A stretch of DNA of 64,000 nucleotides from the human T2T-CHM13v2.0 reference genome, Homo sapiens, in assembly GCF_009914755.1 (NCBI RefSeq), contig NC_060935.1. The stretch is one strand, 5' to 3'. Below, piece by piece: positions 1 through 13,392 of the stretch. Made by a program: the position numbers and the translations under genes. Every line of letters begins with the position of its first letter. The first letter of the stretch is position 1. Below the pieces are notes generated by a model. The model did not search any database and was not told the DNA's origin. It worked only from the letters and a program-made list of their open reading frames with translations.

Positions 1-95
1 AAAATTGATCCATGTGTAGCTGTTTATTCCATGTATCTGTAGGAAGAGAGAAAATACGGAGCCTCCTATTCCACCATCTGGCTGATATTGTCTCC
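1..95 (-). mobile_element. 5' end of an old L1M-type LINE, truncated by the window edge
   Basis: gcctcctattccaccatctggctga is the reverse complement of a cagcaagatggcggaatagga-like L1M 5' terminus (recalled consensus). Confidence 0.45.
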
Positions 96-108
96 CTTTA
101 TAATTCTA

Positions 109-261
<153 letters not shown>

Positions 262-376
262 CTAGGAATTAGGGAGGGCAGGGACTCTAGTTCAGCTATA
301 TAAATGAACTGATTAAAAGTCAGAAATGGAAAATGATTTACCCAAGATGTAGGGCAGACTCTGTTTAAATATTTTA

Positions 377-769
<393 letters not shown>

Positions 770-981
770 CTATTATTTCTCCATGCCCATGTAAATGCTC
801 TTTCTTCTACCTGCCATTTAGTAATTTATATTCTCATCAGACTATTGAAAATGGACATTTATTTTTAAACTTGGCTCAAGGGCACCTCTTCTGTGAAGAC
901 TGTCCACAATTCTACACCCTTTTTTTTTCTGCCTGCATAATGCTGTAGAGATGCTTGCATCATCATCCATCACCCAGAGGG

Positions 982-1210
982 CCATAGTCAATTTTGGCTG
1001 CTACAATAAAATACCTTAAGCTGGGTAATTTATAAACAACAGAATTTTTTGCTCACAGTTCTGGATGCTGGGAAATCCAAGATCAAGGTGCCAGCCAATT
1101 CGGAGTCTGGTAAAGGCCTGTTCCTCATACCTAGTGCCTGCTATGTGCCTCACATGGTGGAAGGGGCAAACAAGGGACCCTGGGCCTCTTTTATAAGGGC
1201 ACTAATCCCA
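982..1210 (-). mobile_element. MaLR LTR fragment (MLT1A0/MSTD-like)
   Basis: ctgggtaatttataaacaacagaa...gctcacagttctggatgctgggaaatccaagatcaaggtgccagc...tttataagggcactaatccca. Confidence 0.85.
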
Positions 1211-1514
1211 TGATGTGGTTCAGATATCAAATCTCAGATTGAAATATGGTCCCCAGTGTTGGAGGTGGAGTCTGGTGGGAGGTGTTTGGGTCATGGAGGC
1301 AAATCCCTCATGAAATGCGCCCTGCCTGTAGTAATGAGTTCTCACTTTAATAGTTCACGTGAGAGCAGGTTGGACACACTTGCTCCCCCTTGACCTTCCA
1401 CCATGACTAAAAGCTTCCTGAGGTCTCACCAGAAGCAGATGCTAGTGCCGTGCTTTTACAGCGTGTAGAATTGCAAGCCAAATAAGCCCCATTTCTTTAG
1501 AAATTATTCAGTCT
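1211..1514 (+). mobile_element. MaLR LTR (MSTB-like), 3' truncated, opposite in orientation to the adjacent LTR
   Basis: ccccagtgttggaggtgg...ggtgtttgggtcatgg...agaagcagatgct; colinear with the intact copy at 34622-35034. Confidence 0.85.
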
Positions 1515-1716
1515 AATAGCCAATTTCTATTATATATATTATAGGAATTGGGTTAGATAGATAGGAAAAGTTTTCCCTTTCCTCCCCATTCAAGGTGAAC
1601 TTGATAGAACTAGAAGATCTAAGAAGGAAAATTTTTTTTTAAATGGAGGGGCTTTTTTTTTTTTTTTTTTGCACCATCTTTTGTATTCCAGATGGCTTGG
1701 GAGTGATGCACACTCC

Positions 1717-2009
1717 TTTTTTTTTTTTTTAGACGGAGTCTCACTCTGTTGCCTAGGCTGGAGTGCAGTGGTGCAATCTCGGCTCACTGCAACCTCGCCT
1801 CCTGGGTTCAAACGATTCTCCTGCCTCAGCCTCCCGAGTAGCTGGGACTACAGGCGCTCGCCACCACCCCCAGCTAATTTTTTGTATTTTTAGTAGAGAC
1901 GGGGTTTCACCCTGTTAGCCAGGATGGTCTCCATTTCCTGATCTTGTGATCCGCCCGCCTCAGCCTCCCAAAGTGCTGGGATTACAGGTGTAAGCCACCA
2001 CACCCGGCC
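1717..2009 (-). mobile_element. AluS (AluSc-like), full length
   Basis: Poly-T followed by reverse Alu with gttagccaggatggtctc; TSD atgca(c/t)actc at 1706-1715 and 2013-2022. Confidence 0.96.
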
Positions 2010-3619
2010 CCAATGCATACTCTTTCTGGTAATGAATTGAAATCTCATACCATTCACTGGTCACAGCCTCACATAATTTCCATGACAGCCTTCAAAGCCA
2101 CATCCCCACAATTTAGCACTACTCAGAGCACAAGAGGCCTTTGCTCAATGGCCTATTGATATCTGCCTGCTTTCTGCAGACCAAGATCTTGGGCCAGATG
2201 TGAGGGGCAGGTACAGGGATAGGGAAAAAGTTATATTCAGATATCAAAGGAGAGAACTGAAGAGTAGTTACTTACCCTAAGTCTCCTTGGGATGATGGTG
2301 CTTCCACCACTGAGATCTCTAACAGAGAGGAACGGAAAGAGGCATTGTCTACGGAAACTTGGTCAAGAGGTTGGTAAATTTCCTCAAGCTTCTTTTCACT
2401 CTATGATAGGCCAGAGTTCAGGTCTTTAAAGAATGTTGAGTTTGCACTATTTGCCAAGCACCATGCTAGGCTCTGGGGCATCAAAAGTGAAAAACTACAT
2501 GCCTATTCTCAAGGGTCTGCAGGCCCAGATATACTGCACAGGATCCCTGAGATCTAAGTGCTTCCTCACCAGAATTATCAATGGAATTCTGAACCAAAAG
2601 TGGCAGAGAGGGAATCAGTTTTTCTGGCTCCTTCATTCTTTTGTCCACATTCTTTGTTGTTCACTGATCTGGTCATGTTTTTATTTGAGAACTGAAACTA
2701 TTTGCAGTGCATTCTCAGTCTTTCATCGGCAATTGCTCAGTTTTACTGACTTCATCAGCTGTGCTTACAATACTCAATTGTATTTACATTGCTTTAGCCT
2801 CTTCTGTCCTCGTTTGCCACTGAACCAGCACATAAAAATGCAACTCTAGTACAATGGAAACAGACTATGATTCTCTTCAATGATGTCTCTCATTAATAAC
2901 TGTGGCCCAAAGGAAGAATCAATTAAATGAAATAATATATACAACATATTAAGACTGTGTCAGGCATGTAGGAGGCAGCCAATATGTGTTAGCCATTGTC
3001 ATTAGAAATATATACATATCTTTCAAATCGACGGTTACCTGGAAGAAGTCCCATTATTCAAAGTCCTTCTTGGCTCTCAACATCAAGTGGCCTCTTGACT
3101 ATAGCAGCTGGGGTTTGGGCCACCTGCTTCCGACTGCTGCTGGTTTCTCTGATTAGCATTTTCATTCCCACCTCAAGTGGGTCATGTCTGCTCTTCACTC
3201 ATTACCCCACCCTTACCTTGAACTGTCAATGGAGGTAGAGAAATGTGCATTACCCATTAAATTTTAATCATACATTGAGGGCAATGTAAGGCCATTCCAT
3301 TCAACAAATGTTACGAGCACTTGCTGTGTGCTGTAAGCTGTGCTCAGTGTTGAAGCTATAGAGATAAATGAATCACAATGCCTGTCTTTCAGACACTCCA
3401 ATATGTAAACAAAGTGAAGAATATTGACTACATTCAGTTGTGAATAAAATGTCCCCTTGCATTATGGTGAGTGTTTCTGGACACTCCTGTTTAAATGGAA
3501 CCATCTCAACTACAAAGAAGACCTAGCAACATCCCTGATTTTTTCCACAATCAAAACAAAACAGTATGGCATAGTATTTAAGGCAGATAAGAGAATTGTT
3601 AAACAACTATTTTAACTCA

Positions 3620-3985
3620 CTCCCTCTATCACCTCCTATGGGAAAAGTGCTCTTTTGCCCCCATTCATCTTGGGCGTGGGGCATGATTCTGTACTGGTAG
3701 AAGAAACAGTGTCTAAGTTCTGAGCCTAGGATTTGAGTAACATTATACGTTTCCACTTACTCCTCTAAGAGCTTCAAACCTCCTCCATGAGAAGAACATT
3801 CCCCAGAAAACTGCTACTGGATAGCCTGGGCTCACAGTAAGATGTGTGGGACAGAGCTGAACTTGACTTCAGGCCTGAAACACCCATCCCAGCCCCTTGT
3901 GAATGCATGTGCTAGACATCAATGCTAGCTTTTTTTGTGTCCTGAAATCCTGTGGTTGTTTGCTACACAGAAAAAGCTGCCTAAT
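3620..3985 (+). mobile_element. Old MaLR LTR (MLT1H/I-like)
   Basis: ttctgagcctagg...ccatgagaagaaca...gtggttgtttgctacacag resemble MLT1 LTR motifs. Confidence 0.6.
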
Positions 3986-6900
3986 TCTGTGTTCAAGATC
4001 CCTTGCACTTTGCCTACTATCTCTAGCCTCATCTCTTTTTAGCCATACCAAACAACTCACCTCTTCCCAAGCCCACTGTGTTCTTTCAAATTTCCATGAT
4101 ATTTCTTGTGGAGTTTCCTCCGTCTGGAATTGTCTTCTTCGTCTACTCAATGTTCAAAGCCAGAATAAAATTCACACATTTCACTTTTGTAATGATGCTT
4201 TTCTCTATCCATCCTTCTCTGAACCAAAACACAAAAAACAAAGAAAAAACTAATAACAGTTTGTTAATTCATTCAATGGGCATATGGTCAGGGGCATGCT
4301 CTACAGCATGTTTATGGGCTTCTTCCTCTACGTGAATCCCAAGCTCTTTATCCAAATCCATTATAAGCCCTTGTCACTTTGCACTGCAACTGGCTGTTTA
4401 GAAGGCCTGCTCCCACTAGCCATTGTCTCTTCTAGTGCGGAGGCTCTCTCTTTTATCTCTAGGTCTGGGTGTGAGGACACACACAAAGTAAATGTCAGTT
4501 GAATTCAATCTCCCTAAAAACTTACCAGTTGACAGGTAAAAATAGCCAGTTCTCTGGTAGAGAGAAAAAGAGGTCAGAAGGACCCACAGCTGGGGCTGAT
4601 GTTGCTTCCACCTGCAGGCCTGGCCCTGCCCCAGTTCCAAACCAAATCTGACTAAGGCAGGAAGTCCTCAAGCATCTTCAGAATCCAGTCCAATGGGGCT
4701 TAATGTTGATTCTCTCTGTTTATTAGCCTCATCTGTGAGTCATTTCCCAGGCACTGAGTTCAGGATTCCACTGTTTTTCCCAAGTTGCCTCTCCATTGGT
4801 CTGGCGTGGGGGTGGTTTGTGTTAACCACCAAGCTTCTGTGCTGCCCTCCCGTCACCTCCAATTAGCTAGGGTACCTCTAGAGAACTCAGGTTTTCAGCC
4901 AAGACTTTTTACTAGGTGCTTTCTGGTGTAAGACTAGCCTGTTTGGTCCCAAGTTCAGGTAGCTTCTCTAGCCACCAATTTCCTCTAAGGGGCAAGAGGG
5001 ACCTGCTTTGCTCCTGCCAACCCCTCTCCAGTTAGTGAGGTTCTGCTCCTGATGCTCAGCTGGTCTCTGGGAGTTGCTCTCTATACCAGCTACCTTGGAC
5101 TTTGACAATTGAGTGTAAAATCTTCAATAGAGTTTGGTTACTGCAATTACCACTAAATATTCAGCTCTTTGAGAGTAGGGACTTTACTCCAATATATGGA
5201 TGGGGCCTGTTTTCAATATGCCACTGAAAAAACACTGAATGAATAAATGAAACGATGAACACCCAGCCTCAGAGCTCCCCTTTCATAGGATAAGGGAACA
5301 ATAGAGTGAAAACAGCCATTTGAAACAGTCTTAAATTTCATGTCTGTCTCCCTCATCTTCTTCTTGTCTTGCTGATCCTAGCAATTCCCATCTCAGCCTA
5401 AGCTCCTGCATCTCCATCACACTACCCCCAACTCCTAACCCCCAACCAGTTTCTCATCTTAACTATTTTGGCCACTCCCTTTTGGCATAAAGATGAATGT
5501 TCCTTGTGGAGTGAACATGTGTGAACCACCTGTGAGGTATGTTCCCATCTGCTGAGGTCTGGAACCATTGTCCTTAAGTCCTGCTCTCAATGGAAGCCCT
5601 AGAAAAATATGTCAACCATTTACACTCTGTCTCCAGGGCCAAATTTGAGTGTCAACTCTCAACCATAAGTAGAAAGGGCTGCACCATGGGCATTTTGCCT
5701 GTTTTGACAGGAGAACCTCTGCTTCTGCCTTTAGCCCCTGCATCTATTTCAGCTGCATCCCTTGCTCCACCCGAAACACACACCACACCATCATACTGAG
5801 GTGGTTGAGTCAAGGGAACCAACTGGAGGAGGCTTTGGCAGAACTCAGAACTTCCCCATTGCCCTCTAATGCCAAGGTGATCAGCCCAGCCTCACTGTTA
5901 AATTCCAATATGGGATAGAGAAAGGGAGACAGCCTAGGAATCTTGCTCCCTCCCCTGGACTGCCGGTTTCTGTTCTCACAGCCCCTGAAGCAAATGATTC
6001 TACTAGGAGCCCCCCATATAAGATCCCACCCCATCTAGAAAAGGGGAGAGAAGTCTAAGACCACACCCCAAGTCAAGCAAGAGCAAGTCCCCATCATGAG
6101 GAATGTAGACCTTTAGAACTGGGACCAGTGAGAGCTTCAGAGAGATACCAAGAAGCAGATGGCACAGGCAGCATTTATCCTTCACTCAAGAAACAGCTCT
6201 GAATTTTTCAGTGCAGATTCAATCAGCTGCTGAGGAGTCCCCAGCTCCAGGAGCTGCAGGGCTGGCAGTATGTCCCTAGGAAACAAAGTCGTGGAAGAAG
6301 AGTGCCTTTGGAACTCTTGTGAATCACCTAATCTCAGAATCATGAGGACTAAAAGGGCCAGAGAAAAATTGCAATCTAGCTAATCCCCTAAAACATCTCT
6401 GATAGGAGGTCTTTTTATTTTAGAACACCTCAGTCAACAGAGACCTCGCTACTTCCCAAAACCATACACAGTGTCACACATTGTGTTCTTTCTTAAATTG
6501 AGCTGAAGTCTGCTTGCATGTCAGATAAAGTGTTAGATGATCTCTCAACTCCTCCGTCTAAGCTCCCATGATGCCCCAGCTCTGGGGGGCCCAGAGCATC
6601 CCCCAGATAGTCTAATAATCCCCAGTTTACTACATTTTTCTAAAATGATCAGGATCTTATTTCTCTTTAAATGTCCCTTTGGGGCTAAGAAGAGTGTCTA
6701 ATAAGAAGATAAAGTTGTGAGTTCAGAAGCCCATTTTAGGTCATTAAAATACTCTGATGTCTTCAAGGAATTTATTTACACCCCAGCCAAAGGGGAAACA
6801 TCACCCCAGCTTAAGTTTGCCAGTTCCCCCCAATTCTGGGTCAGTGCAAAGGACAGACCCCACCCCACAATGCTCCCTTTTCCCCTTCCTCCACAACTTC

Positions 6901-8579
6901 ACGTCTGCACACACTTCTCATCTCTAACACCCCTTTGCCACTGGGGCTGTCTTTTGTTACATGCAAATTTCACATAAAATCCTTCAAATGAAAACAGGTA
7001 CTTTTCATTTTGCTCCCATAAACAGACACTTTCTAAATATTTAGACATCTGTATATAATGCCCTTAAACTGTTTGTTCTGAAGCATAAATAGGTATCTCC
7101 GTGTTTGAGTTAGTGTCTGATATGTTTCTCATTTAAGGAGAAAACATAAAAAATAATTGGAATAACTACAGCCAGGAACAATGCTTACACAGCATGTCAG
7201 TGTCTTTTATTGTGTCTTAAAGTAAAAGCTTCAGTTGTAAAAGAGTCTTTCTCCCCCATCAAACAGAAGCACAGCTCTTGTCTGCTAACCCTCCACAGGA
7301 CTCAGCTGCCTCAGGGCAACGGGGGCCAGCAAGCAGCCCCCACTTTAGAGCCTGATGTGCTGTCTCATTGCATTTGCAGTGCCTTGAACAGTACACTGAC
7401 TCCCCATTCCCCATCCTCAACTGTTCATTGCATGGAACAAATTTCTATTTTAGCTTCAAGGTGGGGAAATTGTGACCCCTTCCTCAGCCCATGAATTGCT
7501 CACAAAGCAAATGAGATGAGGAAGAAGGACACCAGCCCATGTAGATCTGCCCTTCAAGTTTTCTCTCATTAGAGTCTTTACCAGAAAGGTCTGGGACTGC
7601 CCATCCACGCAAATGGGTCAAGAAGTTCGGTTGGTGGGGACTGGAATTAGGGAGCCAGCTGGGATAGAGATCCAAGCCATTTTCTCCCATCACCTTTTTA
7701 CAATTTTTTTTTCTTTTTACAAATTTTTATCTCCATTTCTCTGACACCAGCAGCTTTCTCAAATGGTCTGACCTACAGTATGAAGAGGTGTGGGATAAGT
7801 GTATTACCCTCAAGACCTTACTACCAAACAGGATGTTCCCAATCCCTGAAGCTCACCTCTGAACACACAGATGAAATGTTATATTTTTACTGCAGCCTTA
7901 AAATGAAGCTTACACAGATCCTCATTAATGAATGCTGCTCCAAGAGACCTAATTCAACACTCCCTGTATCATCTTTAATAGCCCTGCCAAATTGTTGCCC
8001 AGCTTCTGCTTGGACTGTCTGATGATGGGGAGTTCTCTACCTTAGAAGGCAGCCTCTTCCATTGTTGGGCAGCTCTGGCTGTTAGAATTTTTTCCCAATA
8101 GGCTCAAATGTCCTGTAAAGTTTGCCCATTGGCTCTGCACATTCATTAATTCACTTATCAAGCACATAATGAAACCCTAGTTGTATAAGACACTTTGTGC
8201 TTGAAATTAAAGTAAAAATAAGGAAGCTTCTATTTCCGAGATCAGTTAGGAAGACAGACAGAAATGCCAGTTATTTCAGTTTAGTATGTAGATTACTGTA
8301 ATAAAGGCAGCAAGAATCCAGCAAAGGTATCCGCTGGAGTCTGAGAAAGGGCCAGCAGCTGAGTCTGCAGAGAACAAGGGCAAACTATGCAATGTGGCTT
8401 CCATAGCTAGGAAGCAGGACAGACCTTCCCCGCAGATGCAGTCTGGCTCCAGGGACCCCAAGCTTGAGGAAAGCCCAGAACTCCATGTGAGTCCAAAAGC
8501 TTGCAGTGAAGGAGTGGACCCTCCTCTCTGATTGGGGAACATCTCCAGGATGGACAGCGATGCCTATGACTCATGCACT

Positions 8580-9228
8580 TCTGCCATCTGTCTCAACACA
8601 GCAGCTGGAGGAATACTTCTAAAACATTAGATCATGTCACTCCCCATTATATTACCCTCCACAGGCTCTAGAGCACGCAGAGGAAAAGCCAAAGAGCTTA
8701 CAGAGGCCAGTGTGGACTACATGATCCTGCCGTCGTTACTTTTCTGCTTGTTCTCTTAATCTTCTGATTGCCCCCTCCTCTCAGCCAGCTTCCTTACTAG
8801 AATGCTCCCAACATGCTCCCACCTTAGGGCCTTGACACTGGCTGTTCCTGCTGCCTGAGACACTTTTCCCTGGATATCTGTGTGGTGCACACCCTCCCCT
8901 CCTTCAAGTCTCTGCTTAATGTCATCTTAATGAGGCCTCCCTGACCATGCCTTTTAATACAAAAAATTCCCACACCATATCCCTGATTCCCAGCTCTATT
9001 TTTGTGTTCTCTTGACAGTTCTTATTTTCTAAAATATCTTATTTGATTTGTTTATTATGTCTATTTTTAATGTTGCCTCTCTACCCTGCTCCATGGATAC
9101 ACACTAGAATGTAAGTCCCTGAGTGTAGAGACTTTTTTTTGTTTTATTCACTGATATATTTCATCATCTAGAGCTGCACCTGACAGAGAGTAGGTACTTT
9201 AATAAAAATTTTGTCAAATGAATGAATG
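8580..9228 (+). mobile_element. L2 LINE 3' fragment (L2a-like)
   Basis: agatcatgtcactcc...agggccttgacactggctgttcc...actagaatgtaag, ending in aatgaatgaatg. Confidence 0.85.
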
Positions 9229-9793
9229 TTATCGGGGGAGAGCTCAAACCAAATACTACTTTGATATTAAATTTGTCCTTGATTTATCTTACAGTTTGTG
9301 GAGAACCAGAGTTTGGCCAATAATTCACACACATCCACATATATAGCAAACCTCTCTGACTCATTTAAACTCAAGTAGATTTATCCATTGATTCAGTATT
9401 TTATTTAAAAATTATTTATTTCATTCTGATAGATGAGCCTACTAATCTTGCCCCAACTTGGTTTCCTTTTTATACACTTATTGCCTTTTATAAGGGCTTT
9501 GACTTATGCTACTATGATGTAAAAGGAACCAATGCAATCCCTTTCTGGACAGGCAGGATGACAGCTATTGGGTCCAAAAACCAAGGAGGCCCATGTCTCT
9601 ATTACCCAGGGTGGCCTGATGCCTGTAATAACTCCACTAGCCATTTCCAAGGCATAAAGGCAAAAAAGAAACCTCTCATTAAGATAAAATATATGAAGTT
9701 GAAGGGTCTCATGGGACAAATCCTGTATAAGCAAAAGAGTACTTGAGTGTGAGTCTTTCTTTTTCTTCTCTGAACTTCATGTTTTTCATCTGT

Positions 9794-10173
9794 TGTCTTA
9801 GTCAATTTCTGCTGCTGTAACAAAATGCCTGAGACAAAATACTGGAGGTAGTTTATAAACAACAGAATTGCTTTTTCTTTTCTCACAGTTCTAGAGGCTG
9901 GGAAGTCCAAGATCAAGGCAAGTGTCTGAAGAGGGCTTGTGTTCTGCTTCTGAAATGGCACTTTATTGCCGCATCCTCTGGACAGAACAGATGCAGTGTC
10001 CTCACAGGATGGAAGGGACAGAAGAGCTGACTAGTCCATTTGAGCCTTATAAAAAAGGTCACCAATCTCATTCATAATCACCTCCAATGGGCCTCACCTC
10101 TTAATACCATCACCTTGGAGGTTCAGCTCCAACAAATGAATTCTGTAGAGACACATGCATTCAAATCATAGCA
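9794..10173 (-). mobile_element. MaLR solo LTR (MLT1A/MSTD-like) inserted into a MIR
   Basis: tgtcttagtc...cattcaaatcatagca termini; MIR core (ctctgaacttca...catctgt) on the left continues on the right (gttgtgagcattaaatgaga). Confidence 0.88.
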
Positions 10174-10617
10174 TCCATATAGTGGAAACAAGAAGCATAT
10201 CTACCCCATAGAGTTGGAGTTGTTGTGAGCATTAAATGAGATCATCTATGGTGTGTGCTTAGCAGAGTGTCTGGCTGATAATAAGGCTACTTGTTAGTAG
10301 CTCTGATCAGAAGAAGTCAATATGGCACCTGGAGATAGCTTAGTTCCATCAATTCAAAGTTTAGTCCACCTGCATCCTGGCAGTTCAGAAGGAATATTTG
10401 CAACATATAGCCCTCTGAGCCCAGAAGCCCTGGCCTTCAGTAGTTAGCACTCTGAAACATAGTCTCCAGGCCTGGGCTTACACGGCTTCTATGCATGAAA
10501 CTCTGAGCAGTGTGAGATGGTGAATCTGTGTGCATTTGCTCCTTTCTGTTTCTGTCTTCTGAACCTTGCTCATATACGTTTACTGAGAATTCCACTACAC
10601 ACCCAATATTGCCCAGC

Positions 10618-10726
10618 TGTCTATTTTTAATGTTGCCTCTCTACCCTGCTCCATGGATACACACTAGAATGTAAGTTCCTGAGTGTAGAGACTTTTTTGT
10701 TTGTTTTATTCACTGATATATTTCAT
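10618..10726 (+). repeat. Near-perfect local copy of 9058-9164
   Basis: Direct alignment by eye: 1 substitution plus a 2-nt indel in the T-tract. Confidence 0.95.
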
Positions 10727-10847
10727 TCCAGCCTTTTGGGCTTGAAATGAGTTGTGCCATCATAGGCTTGGTATACTCCTTTCTGAGAGGAATCCTGGTT
10801 CTACTTTCCCACCAACCTGTACATTTATTTAAACCCCAATAGGTATT

Positions 10848-11225
10848 TGTTGTAGGTTGAATTCCCAACAAAGCAGATTCTAAGAGTCTAAGACATAGGG
10901 TGTTTATTGAGAAGTGGCCTTGGGGTCCACACCTGTGAAAGGGAGGGGCAGAGGGAGAAGTCTAGCTGTGATGCAGTCCCAAGACAGTCTCAGACCACCC
11001 TCTGGAAGCTATGGAGATAGGAGGTCCCTTTAGGGTTGTCCTAGTTGGGTCAAGATAGCCATGACTTTATACTCCTGCACTGATCAATCACTGAATGTGG
11101 GATCCAGGGGCAGGGTGTGATCCTAGGTACCTTGGGCAGTCTATGAGAGGACCAACAACTGAAGACCCTTCTGCCAGCAAAACTTTCAGCAGCTGAGGCA
11201 ACAAGTTCTTCACCTAGAGGAAACT
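10848..11225 (-). mobile_element. ERVL solo LTR (LTR33-like)
   Basis: tttattgagaagtggccttggggtccacacctgtgaaagggaggggcagagggagaagtctagctgtgatgcag resembles the recalled LTR33 reverse strand. Confidence 0.7.
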
Positions 11226-12269
11226 ATCTACCCAGTATGCTGTCAATCTTACTGGGCTTTGGCCTAGATTTTTTATTCAGTGTACTAGTTATTTAAGCCT
11301 ACCTCAAACACTAGCTTATTTGGCTATGGCCCAAAAACTGTCCAGTTCTTTCTGACCTCTCTCTTTGGGAAACAGAATCACCATCCTGGCTCATTGACTG
11401 GTGTCAGGCTCTGACTGGAATCATCTCTTCAGACCTCAATGCCAGTACCTGTTGGATTTTGGTCATCGCTGGCTGCTTAGAAAGTACAGCTCGCTTTGTC
11501 AGCTGGGACCTCCTTGGACACTGACCCTAGCTAGGATAAAGCTTAATTTCCATACTCATGGACTCCATGCAGTGGGCCCCACTCAGGTCACAAGGACTCC
11601 ATAACCAAGTCAAAATCTTTGAACCTTGTCTCTGGTCAAAGGGACTAAGTTTAGGTTCCTTTCACCCCAATATTTTTACAAAATAACAATATAAATTATA
11701 ATAATATCAACCCCTCTCATTTTTATGATACCTTTTAATTTGCAGAGTGCTTTTTCATCTGTGCCTTCAGTTTTGTGCAGAACACTCCTGGAAGATAGGC
11801 ATTATTCCTGTTCCCCTTCTCCAGCTGAAGTTCAGGGTGACTGAGTGACTTGGAGCATTGCCCCATAAGTGAAGTTGGGAACTAAATTCAAGGGCTTTGA
11901 ATCCCAATTCTTCATGCCCTGCCTACTTCCTGCTGCTTCAGTCACCTCAGCTTTGTGTCCTACCCACTCTCTCCTCTCCTTTACTCTTTCATTTCCTCTG
12001 CTCAGTCTCCTTTCTTCCTGGTCTAGCTGCAGGCAAAAACTCTTCTGAAGATGCCAGGTTAAATAAAAGAACAGCTTTATTTATTAAGTTCAGCAAAGAG
12101 GAGTGGAGGGGAGGGATGTCAATGGTCATGTGCATTTAACAAGAAAGCCTATAGAGGGGCTTGTTTAACACAAAGACTTCACAGTTGTAAGAAAAAGGCC
12201 AACAAGCCCCTCCACATTCCCTCAAGCAAGTGACCAGGCAGCATGACTAGGCAGGGTCAGGCTGGGCAT

Positions 12270-12420
12270 TCCAGTCCAGGAAGACTTAGGTTCAAATACA
12301 ATCCACTCTTCCTACTTAAGCTTTGTGACTTCTCTGAACCTCAGTTTTCTCATCTGTTAAGTGAGGTTAATATTCCAGATAATGCATGTGAAGCACCGAG
12401 CACATTGCCTCCTATGCATC
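12270..12420 (+). mobile_element. MIR SINE
   Basis: Core tctctgaacctcagttttctcatctgttaa. Confidence 0.8.
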
Positions 12421-12872
12421 TGTAGCTTAGAAAATGGAAGTTCCTCCTCCTTCTTCCTCTGCCACCCCTTCCTGCAGCCCAGCAGGGAGTGATGAGAAGA
12501 TGGCTTGAACTAGGTAGAAAGAGCAGAATATTCTCAGACCTTGGCATGCTTGTTAGGCTTGTGAGAGGAGCAGAAAAGGGAGAAGGGGGCATGTGGTATG
12601 AGGAGAGGTGGGGAATACAAACCTAGTTAGCCATTAGGCAGATGCTGGGTCACACTAGGATCTTTGTAGGACACAGCTCGGTTTTTATTTTAAGTATAAG
12701 GAGAAGCCACTAGAGGTTTGAGAACAGGGAAGCAATGCGATCCAGCTGTCGCTATAAGATCATTCTGACTAATGGTGGAAATGTTTAGAAGTCAAGCCTC
12801 CTTTCCTATTATATCAGCTCTTCCAGGACAGGAAATAGGATTTTAACTTTTTTTTCTTAGATAGTTTGTTAG

Positions 12873-13251
12873 CATATTAGTTTTCAAGAACTGCTGTACT
12901 AAAATACCCTAGGCTGGGTAGCTTAAGTAATAGAAATTTATTTTCTCATAATTCTAGACACTAGAAATTCAAGATCAAGGTGTCGGCAGGTTTGGTTTCT
13001 TCTGAAACCCCTCTCCTTGACTTGGAGATAGCCACCTTCTTGCTATATCCTCACATGGTCATCCCTCTGTCCTAACATCCTCTTCCTATAAGGACACCAG
13101 TTATATTGAATTAGGGTCCACCCCGAGGACTCCATTTTAACTTAATTACCATTTTAAAGGCCCTATTTCCAAATACAGTCACATTCTGAGGTCATAGAGG
13201 TTAGGACTTAAACATGTGAATTTTGGGGGTCATATAATTCAGCCCATAACA
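12873..13251 (-). mobile_element. MaLR solo LTR (MLT1B-like)
   Basis: tataaggacaccagttatattgaattaggg...ccaaatacagtcacattctgagg...attcagcccataaca. Confidence 0.9.
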
Positions 13252-13340
13252 ATTACTGAGTTAGTTAGTTGATTACTCAGTCATTTAGTAGACTGAATAA
13301 CACAGCTAAAATAAACTGAGTTTGTGAATATTGGCTGGTG

Positions 13341-13392
13341 TCAGGCTCTGACTGGAATGATCACTTCAGGCTCTGACTGGAATGATCACTTC
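13341..13392 (+). repeat. Perfect 25-bp tandem duplication (tcaggctctgactggaatgatcact x2)
   Basis: Read directly; the first unit is part of a 40-bp copy of 11393-11432. Confidence 0.95.

Noticed and set aside
1653-2400. Poly-T at 1653-1670 with a minus-strand AATACA nearby, read as a possible processed pseudogene tail
   Set aside because: No recognisable mRNA or coding homology and no TSD found. It could be an unassigned old LTR-internal sequence or a plain homopolymer; BLAST/Dfam is needed.
13341-13392. Short direct repeats (also 22053-22099 and 32487-32528) as a CRISPR-like array
   Set aside because: Only two adjacent units, no unique spacers, eukaryotic context and no cas genes.
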